IMG/VR virus record: IMGVR_UViG_2791355159_000004
Coordinates: 10,229-74,228 of that record
Reading direction: 5' to 3' (one strand)
DNA length: 64,000 nt
Source: a virus
Taxonomy: Duplodnaviria > Caudoviricetes
Made by a program: the position numbers and the translations under genes. Shown piece by piece: positions 58,501 to 64,000 of the stretch; within the stretch, counting starts at the first letter, position 1, and every line of letters begins with the position of its first letter. Under the pieces are notes generated by a model that saw only the letters and a program-made list of their open reading frames with translations, did not search any database and had not been told where the DNA came from.

Positions 58501-59178
58501 TTTGTTGTCATGAGCGGTATTGGTAATAGCCTTTACTCTCCTTTTGTCATCAAAGACGGCCAGGTACTTATCAGCCAGGCATTCATCGGCCAGAGCTGGA
58601 TTAACAATGCCATGATCGGCGACTACATCCAGTCCAATACTTGGGACGGTACAGGTAACACTGGATGGCATATTAACAAATCAGGATTTGCTACATTCAA
58701 TGGCGTTACGGTCAGGGGAACAATATATGCATCAGCAGGTGATTTAAATAATGTCACCATTCGAGAAAACTGCACCATTTTAGGCACGCTCAATGCCTCG
58801 AAGATAAATGGCCCGCTGATGCAGAGCAAGAGCTTTTCATTTGGCCAGACAACAACCAATGCGTCTAACACGGTTTACTGGGACGGCACCGCTGGAAAAG
58901 GCGACGTGCCGATGACTCTCACGGGAACCGTATTCCGTGTCAGGAATAACAATCAGGGGGCATCAAAACTTGTTATTGCCGGAAGCGAGGTAGCACCTGC
59001 AACATCAATAACTTCTAACGGCGTGACTTTGTCGATCTACACCTATAGTGTTGATATAGGTACAGCCGCTGCAACGATGATGTTTGCGGCAGGGGCTTTG
59101 AATCAGAGCGCGTCAGAATACTGCACATGGAGTGCGCAGTTATTTGCGGCACCTACTGCTAACCAGTTCCACACATGA
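55546..59178 (+). CDS. Host specificity / tail tip protein J
   Basis: LSEGEI, YTNNPAW and GCTSQSEAHRRG motifs; FN3 repeats. Confidence 0.95.
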   Translation: MRLLEGATVLGGSKGGGGSAHTPVEQEDDLLSIAKLKMLLALSEGEIQGDLTAQQIYLNDTQLANDDGTYNFTGVVWDWRKGTQDQGYIQGMPEVDNELSVGVVVTQSVPWTRQYTNLTLDAVRIKLSLPVQYAYKDNGDMVGTVTQYAIDLSTDGGSWVQVVDGSFNGKTTSEYQRDHRIDLPKASSGWAIRVRRITADSSSSKLINAFSVFSFAEVIDSKLRYPNTALLYIEVDASQFNGSAPKVTCKPKGRLVRVPTTYDPNSRTYTGNWLGDFKYAYTNNPAWIFYDLVLDKIFGMGNRVDASMIDKWELYDIAQYCDQMVSNGAGGTEPRFTCNVFIQNQQDAYTVLKDIAAIFRGITFWGNNQIFVNADVPQVDANGNMDVDYIYHSSNIIDGFPTYAGGSYKNRYTSCQVSWSDPVNHYSDTVEGVYDTDLVERYGVNEMSLTAIGCTSQSEAHRRGRWAILSNAKDGTISFGTGLDGYLPVPAEVIGVADPFRAGKDNGGRISAVNGPKLTLDRAIDYSAGDRLVVNLPDGTAQTRTIRSISSEKKTVTVNTAFRMTPVAGAVWAIDSDNLAIQYYRVTSVARNDDGTFTITGVEHDPNKYRYIDDGVRIEPAPITVTPISVLKAPTNIAVSEVSYVEQGLSVSIMQVTWDRVEGAISYVAQWRKDKGDWVNVSQTSAHGFSISGIYTGVYDVRVRAVNAAEVSSPWGYADSTSLIGKAGKPGTPVNLRATDNVVWAIDVTWAFPAGSGDTAYTEIQAATTADGQNPQFLAYVPYPGLSYQHGPMPAGVRRWYRARLVDKIGNVGDWTAFAAGMSNVNANDLIGNVVEEFLTSPDGKQLLKPLVTDPQALLQNMLADYDSVNQQWAQYGDNRAGILQAQKVSADAQKSVAQLETNVVASFTATNQKVDAQGQAISVNEAAIQQKFTAYADATSPSAIYTLKTGIRYNGVNYDAGLSVAATVNGSGGVDTRVAVNANQFVVMSGIGNSLYSPFVIKDGQVLISQAFIGQSWINNAMIGDYIQSNTWDGTGNTGWHINKSGFATFNGVTVRGTIYASAGDLNNVTIRENCTILGTLNASKINGPLMQSKSFSFGQTTTNASNTVYWDGTAGKGDVPMTLTGTVFRVRNNNQGASKLVIAGSEVAPATSITSNGVTLSIYTYSVDIGTAAATMMFAAGALNQSASEYCTWSAQLFAAPTANQFHT

Positions 59179-59239
59179 TATTCAACAAACATTTATAACC
59201 CGGCCACAGCGCCGGGTTTTTTATTGTTCGGAGATAAGT

Positions 59240-60070
59240 ATGTCAGCAGGTACGATTACTGTTACCAACGGCTCAGCAACCGTAAATGGAAGCGGAACTA
59301 GCTTCACTACAGAGTTCAAAGCTGGTGATTTCATCGGAGTGATTGCGGGAGGAACGCCTTACACGCTGGTCGTCGCGGCCATTGCATCTAATACTCAGCT
59401 CACCATTGGTGCCGCTTATACTGGACCGACAGCTAGCGGCCTTGCATGGAATGCCGTTCCCGCCAGTTTGATGTATGCCATCACCCAGCAAGCCATGAAT
59501 GATATGGGAACTGTTTTGCGTGGCATGAACCTGCAAATGAAGAACTGGCAACAGGTATACAGCGGTGCGGGGAATGTTACCGTTACACTGCCGGATTTAA
59601 CTCAGTTCACTGGGCCTTCATGGTCGAGCTTAGCTACAGGGCTAAGCAATGCACAAACCACGGCTAATGCAGCATTACCAAAATCTGGTGGATCAATATC
59701 AGGGCCGATTGCATTTGATAACGTAACTGTGCAGAGCGCCACTCTTTCGAATTTAGGTCTCAACTATATAGCAAATGATCGCTTCTCAATTTTGACGGAC
59801 GGTAACAGAAAATTCCAGATCATTAACGCCACTGTTGTGGTGACTACCAACGCCAGCGGGGACGCTACCGTAACGTATCCTACGGCATTCACCGTAGCGC
59901 CCCGGCCTGTGGCGTGTTCCGCAGACTGGGCGGCTATGAACGGTAATATTTCAACAAACAATCAAAATACCACTTACTTTCAGGTTCGTTGCTACAAGGC
60001 GGACGGATCAATAGCCGCTAACCAGTCCGTGCGCGTGGATTATACCGCCGTGGGAAGGATTTCATCATGA
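59240..60070 (+). CDS. Short side tail fibre
   Basis: MSAGTITVTNGS.TV.GSGT.F N-terminus; H-lectin/gp53-like C-terminus (YPTAF). Confidence 0.85.
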   Translation: MSAGTITVTNGSATVNGSGTSFTTEFKAGDFIGVIAGGTPYTLVVAAIASNTQLTIGAAYTGPTASGLAWNAVPASLMYAITQQAMNDMGTVLRGMNLQMKNWQQVYSGAGNVTVTLPDLTQFTGPSWSSLATGLSNAQTTANAALPKSGGSISGPIAFDNVTVQSATLSNLGLNYIANDRFSILTDGNRKFQIINATVVVTTNASGDATVTYPTAFTVAPRPVACSADWAAMNGNISTNNQNTTYFQVRCYKADGSIAANQSVRVDYTAVGRISS

Positions 60071-60516
60071 GTGAAGAGATTAATAATGCAATGGAACCAT
60101 TGCCTGATGCTAATTATTACATGCCAGGCAAGATTGGATTTTTCAATTCAATGTATCCGGATGCAGCTGCCGCTAACGGCGTGGATTTCGATAAGATGAC
60201 CAGAATACCCGACGAGGAATACCAGTCATTTATCAGTCCGCCTGAAGGGAAATATTTGGTTTTTGATGAAAGTGGGCCGCGTCTCGAAAGCATTCCAGAA
60301 CCTGACTATTTAGCTATTGCGGAAGATCAAAAGGATTCGCTGTTGTCAGCAGCCACTACGGCTATCACAGTTTGGCAAACCAAATTGCTCATGGGCCGTA
60401 CACTGACAGCCGCTGAGATGGAAAAGCTTAATGCCTGGATGGATTACATTGACGTCCTGAACGATACCGAACTGAGCGATGCTCCAGATGTTCGATGGCC
60501 GACAAAGCCAGCATAA
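60067..60516 (+). CDS. Tail fibre assembly protein
   Basis: WQTKLLMG...WMDYI...WPTKP. Confidence 0.88.
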   Translation: MSEEINNAMEPLPDANYYMPGKIGFFNSMYPDAAAANGVDFDKMTRIPDEEYQSFISPPEGKYLVFDESGPRLESIPEPDYLAIAEDQKDSLLSAATTAITVWQTKLLMGRTLTAAEMEKLNAWMDYIDVLNDTELSDAPDVRWPTKPA

Positions 60517-62810
60517 AAAAGCCCACCACTCGAGGAGAGATGGCGGGCAATGTGGTAGATAGCGAGTCATTACTGAGTCCTTTTTTCACCATACCATTTA
60601 GACAGTAGATTTACAGGCTCGACAAAGCCTGGCAGCCAACCCAGATGATGCAAGCGTAAGCGGATGAAAAAAGCCCCGGCGACGGGGCAGAGGTAGACCG
60701 CGCCCATCTTCAGTGAACTACGAGATGGGGTTTTCTCACTGTACATATTGCGGGCACAAGATGTAAATATTGACAAAAAAGCCCGCATAAAGCGGGCAAC
60801 AGAGATTGTCTTTAGATAACTGATTTCATAGGCAACACGTTGCTGTGTGTTACTTTTTAAAGATAACTCACAGGTACTGAAAAACTGTTAGGATTGCGTA
60901 AATCCTTACCATTTGTTATGCAAATTTGATACAGGAAACACGTATTAATGGGTGAACTAAACCATTATCGTGTTTAAGGGCAAATTTCAGAAGTCGTATT
61001 GGATTTGTGCCAATGATAAGTAAAAACCCGGACGGACATCCGGGGCGGCATAAGTACCAAGCCAAAATCCTTGATGAGGCATTGGCTCGGCTTGCGGCTA
61101 TGACCCTGTAAACAGAGTCGAAGTTGGAACAAATCTCTGCACACACATCAGAAAGGCAATCCTACTAAATGATTGTAACTTATGCTTAAAATCTGACTAT
61201 TAAGTTTCAGTAAAGATGCTGAAATTTTCTTGCAAGATGCAAGTATCAGCTAGGAATTATACAAAAACGGCCTGAATGCCGGGCTTGAATAGAAAAGCCC
61301 CGGCGACGGGGCAGAGGTAGACCGCGCCGATCTCAGCAGGCGGAGATGTGGGGACCACCGTACATAATTGATACATCTGATACGAATATTGAGCACAAAA
61401 AAGCCCGCACAAGGCGGGCAACAGAGAGTGTCTTTAGATTTCTAATTTCGTAGGCAACACGATGCTGTGTGTTACCTGCCAATGATAACTTACTGGTGCT
61501 AAATAGATGTTAGGATTGTGTAAATTCCTACCATAGGTGATACCAATTAAAGCGAAAGGTAAGCGGGAGAGCTACCCCTATTGAACTTTTGGTTGCTGCG
61601 GAATTTAGGCTTGCTTATATAGCACTGGGGAAATGAAAAACCCGGACGGATATCCGGGCGGCATCAGATATGAGCCTAACATTTCCAAGGAAGTTTATGC
61701 TATCTCAGTGAGAGACCCTATTGACCATAACTTATATCAAATCGGATTGCAAAATAAGTGTAGTGAAAATTTAGCTCGATTAGAGGGCAGATTTTGAAAT
61801 CATCGACGAAAGGAAAGAACCTAATAATAACATCATGTTATCATTAGATATAAAGGGATATTAAAATCCTTAAGAGAATATTTTCTACAAGATACTTTTT
61901 TTACGAGAAAATATTTACAGTATGCTAAGTGTGATATTTTATTTGAATATTAGTCAGTTTCATGGCTGTTAAAAAATCCTGCCTAAGCGAGCAAAAAAGA
62001 TTGTCTTTAAAGGCCTACTATCGTAGGCAACACGCTGCTGTGTTACCTGTGCATCCTAAGTATTGGTACTAAATTGCTATAAGGATTTTGTGAACCACGG
62101 TGCGTTTAATGGCAATCATTATTAGGCATATTTAAGAGGCTGGTTTGAAAGTCAGGAAATCCTGTAAGGGAATTGCGCTAGAAGATTTCTGTGGCGAGAG
62201 TTACCGCCAATTCAGAAACCTGCTTAACGGGGCTGTAGCCCACAGGAAGCTCTCAGGGACTCGCCTCATTGAACATAACGGTAGCGATCAAAAAACTTAA
62301 CTTCACCGCACCGGGCAAAGGTAGTGGACTCACAGTTAGCCTGATTTGTATACAGTACAGGTAATTCATGCTACAAGCCGCGAGTGGCCGTAGGGTGAGT
62401 AATGCGAATAGAAAAATAGTGGCAAGTCTGAGGCATACCGCACTTATCTAAACAGGCTACAGGACGGGTTTGATAACCCCTAAGATTCTTTAAGACGGGA
62501 GGGTAATAGCATTGCCCGGAAAAAGGCGCGGGCACCCTATGCTATGTACCCGCGCAAATGAGGTAAAACCTACTGGATTGCACTTCATGAAACAATAATC
62601 CAACCCACAGCTCCTGGTATAAAGGTCCGCACGCCATCAAGGCGGTGCGTGCAGTTTGACGCTGTGAGGTTGTCTTGTTTAGGGTTGATTTTTGATCGGG
62701 CGAGAACTAGAGACAAGAGGCCTAGGTCACAAAAAAAGCCCCGGCGACGGGGCAGAGGTAGACCGCGCCCATCTTCAGTGAACTACGGGGTGGGTGACTA
62801 AAGCTTAGCC
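60515..62810 (-). ncRNA. Array 2: about ten putative sRNA genes in five families (D,A,B,C,A,B,C,B',E,A)
   Basis: Repeated terminator-plus-seed units at 60515, 60667, 60775, 61022, 61293, 61397, 61636, 61970, 62520 and 62731; 2.3 kb with no credible ORF. Confidence 0.75.
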
Positions 62811-62901
62811 GCTCACGCCAGAACTCTCCAAAATCCCTATCACGCGACTCCTTAGCCAAAACCAAACCGCACTATCTTGATAAAAATCCTCATAAATATT
62901 A

Positions 62902-62917
62902 CTGTATATATATACAG
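62902..62917 (+). promoter_or_regulatory. LexA (SOS) box overlapping promoter -10
   Basis: CTGTATATATATACAG consensus; TTGATA-17-TACTGT. Confidence 0.92.
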
Positions 62918-62940
62918 TTATTTTTTGGAGGGAATCTGTC

Positions 62941-63177
62941 ATGCCACGCGAATACGAAAAAGAAATAGCTTTCAAAAATGCCATCAAAAGAGACCCGCAG
63001 GGGCGCTATACCGTAACAACTGTCGATTTTGTTGAAGAACTCGCAAAGCTGAACTGGCAGCTAACGCTGAAAGAAGCCAACCGCTGGGTAGAGATTTACA
63101 CGTCTACATTCCGTGACGTATCCACGAAAGAAGGTGAAGAGCGGACTTTCCAAGTTTTCAACCCTAACGGCGGATGA
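62941..63177 (+). CDS. SOS-inducible small protein upstream of the umuD-like gene
   Basis: GGAGG RBS; directly downstream of the LexA box. Confidence 0.8.
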   Translation: MPREYEKEIAFKNAIKRDPQGRYTVTTVDFVEELAKLNWQLTLKEANRWVEIYTSTFRDVSTKEGEERTFQVFNPNGG

Positions 63178-63181
63178 TGAC

Positions 63182-63502
63182 ATGGGGTTTCAATCGCCAG
63201 CACAGGACTATATCCAGCGTCGCCTGACCGTTACAGATTTTGTCGTGCATAACCCTGCAGCTACGCTGTTCATCGAAATGGATGAAGGCATGCTGGTTGT
63301 TGACCGTTCTGTACCGGTTAAAAGAGGAGACAGAGTTGCTCTTGTTCATGAAGGCATGTCGATTCTGGCGCGAACCGGCGATCGCTGCATCATCACCGAT
63401 GATGGACAGAGGATCGCAGGAGAGGCACTCGATGATGTCATCGTATTGGGCAAAGTGACTTACGAAATCATGAGCGTCTGGCGTGACAATGGGCCGGTAT
63501 AG
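63182..63502 (+). CDS. UmuD'/HumD-like protein
   Basis: MGFQSPAQDY start, LVVDRS and GKVT motifs; lacks the GxSM segment. Confidence 0.8.
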   Translation: MGFQSPAQDYIQRRLTVTDFVVHNPAATLFIEMDEGMLVVDRSVPVKRGDRVALVHEGMSILARTGDRCIITDDGQRIAGEALDDVIVLGKVTYEIMSVWRDNGPV

Positions 63503-63619
63503 CCCTCAACAGGCTGTGCGCTCACTGGCTAGTTTTGCCACTGTTTCGCCATGGTTTTACCATTCCAGATTGCAGGCATAAAAAAAGCAGCCTTAACAGG
63601 CTGCTTTAGTTGGGAATTT

Positions 63620-63664
63620 TGGTCGGCACGAGAGGATTTGAACCTCCGACCCCTGACACCCCAT
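63620..63664 (-). other. 3' half of tRNA-Pro(GGG) (proL-type att core), followed by a terminator at 63580-63607
   Basis: Reverse complement ATGGGGTGTCAGGGGTCGGAGGTTCAAATCCTCTCGTGCCGACCA; the 5' half is absent. Confidence 0.88.
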
Positions 63665-63676
63665 AACAGGAAGCTA

Positions 63677-64000
63677 TCAGTGCTTAGGCATGTAACGGCA
63701 TAAGCTGTCGTAAAGGCCGATAATTTTACCAACAACACTGCTTCTTTCTAATTCATCCATAGCATTCACGGCCGCATTCACACGACCTTCAGCTGCATTT
63801 GAAGCAGTCATCAATGCAACGATCTCTTCAAAGTCATCATGTAATTCCTCTGGAATATCGTTGTCCCGCCGCAAATGAATAATGCTAAAGACGTAAGCAT
63901 TTTCAAGCCTTTCTTGAATGCTTCCCTCGCCTGCGAGAGAAAGCACGGCTGAATGGAACTTCTCCCATGCATATCGGTATTTAAAAAAATCATCGACCAT
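63677..64000 (-). CDS. Hypothetical helical protein (may extend beyond the window)
   Basis: 107-aa ORF reaching the window edge. Confidence 0.6.
   Translation of the reverse strand: MVDDFFKYRYAWEKFHSAVLSLAGEGSIQERLENAYVFSIIHLRRDNDIPEELHDDFEEIVALMTASNAAEGRVNAAVNAMDELERSSVVGKIIGLYDSLCRYMPKH

Larger units (their letters stand above)
21000..63600. mobile_element. Prophage 2 (lambda-like immunity, HK97-like head and tail); ends approximate
   Basis: Integrase, xis-like gene, early genes, cI/cro, replication, Q, lysis, head, tail and fibre in canonical order. Confidence 0.93.

Noticed and set aside
61102-61107. Family C AGGGUC as an anti-RyhB seed
   Set aside because: Only 6 nt of complementarity, which is expected by chance
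60570-61146. Minus-strand ORFs 60570-60788 and 60916-61146
   Set aside because: They cross intrinsic terminators, lack an RBS and have no protein-like features
60515-62810. REP/ERIC/MITE elements or a DGR/shufflon near the tail fibre
   Set aside because: No REP consensus, terminal inverted repeats, reverse transcriptase, invertase or duplicated fibre segment
63620-63664. Functional tRNA-Pro
   Set aside because: Only the region from the anticodon loop to CCA is present

Overview
The window is almost entirely prophage DNA from an enterobacterium (Pantoea/Erwinia-like by gene content; inference). Two lambdoid prophages sit back to back around an intact tRNA-Arg(CCU) gene (argW, 20826-20900). 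Prophage 1 (1 to ~20825) contributes a lambda-type cos, head and tail region with a ClpP-capsid fusion and an IntS-like integrase. Prophage 2 (~21000 to >63500) is near-complete: integrase, a lambda-like immunity region (OL/OR, cI, cro), replication, Q, pinholin/SAR-endolysin/spanin lysis, HK97-type head and tail, and a LexA-controlled umuD-like pair. Three accessory signals stand out. (1) Prophage 2 has two protein-free arrays of short minus-strand promoter-RNA-terminator units (25218-26104 and 60515-62810). Several units are complementary to the rpoS leader or to seeds of host sRNAs (RprA, FnrS, RybB, OmrA/B, GcvB), which suggests a multiplexed sRNA/sponge cassette system. (2) The same phage carries a ycgZ-ymgA-ariR cluster with extra paralogues, i.e. 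Rcs connectors. (3) A two-gene module (238-aa unknown protein plus PIN RNase) is present in both prophages at different moron sites. Host sRNA sequences used for matching were recalled from E. coli/Salmonella and need computational confirmation.
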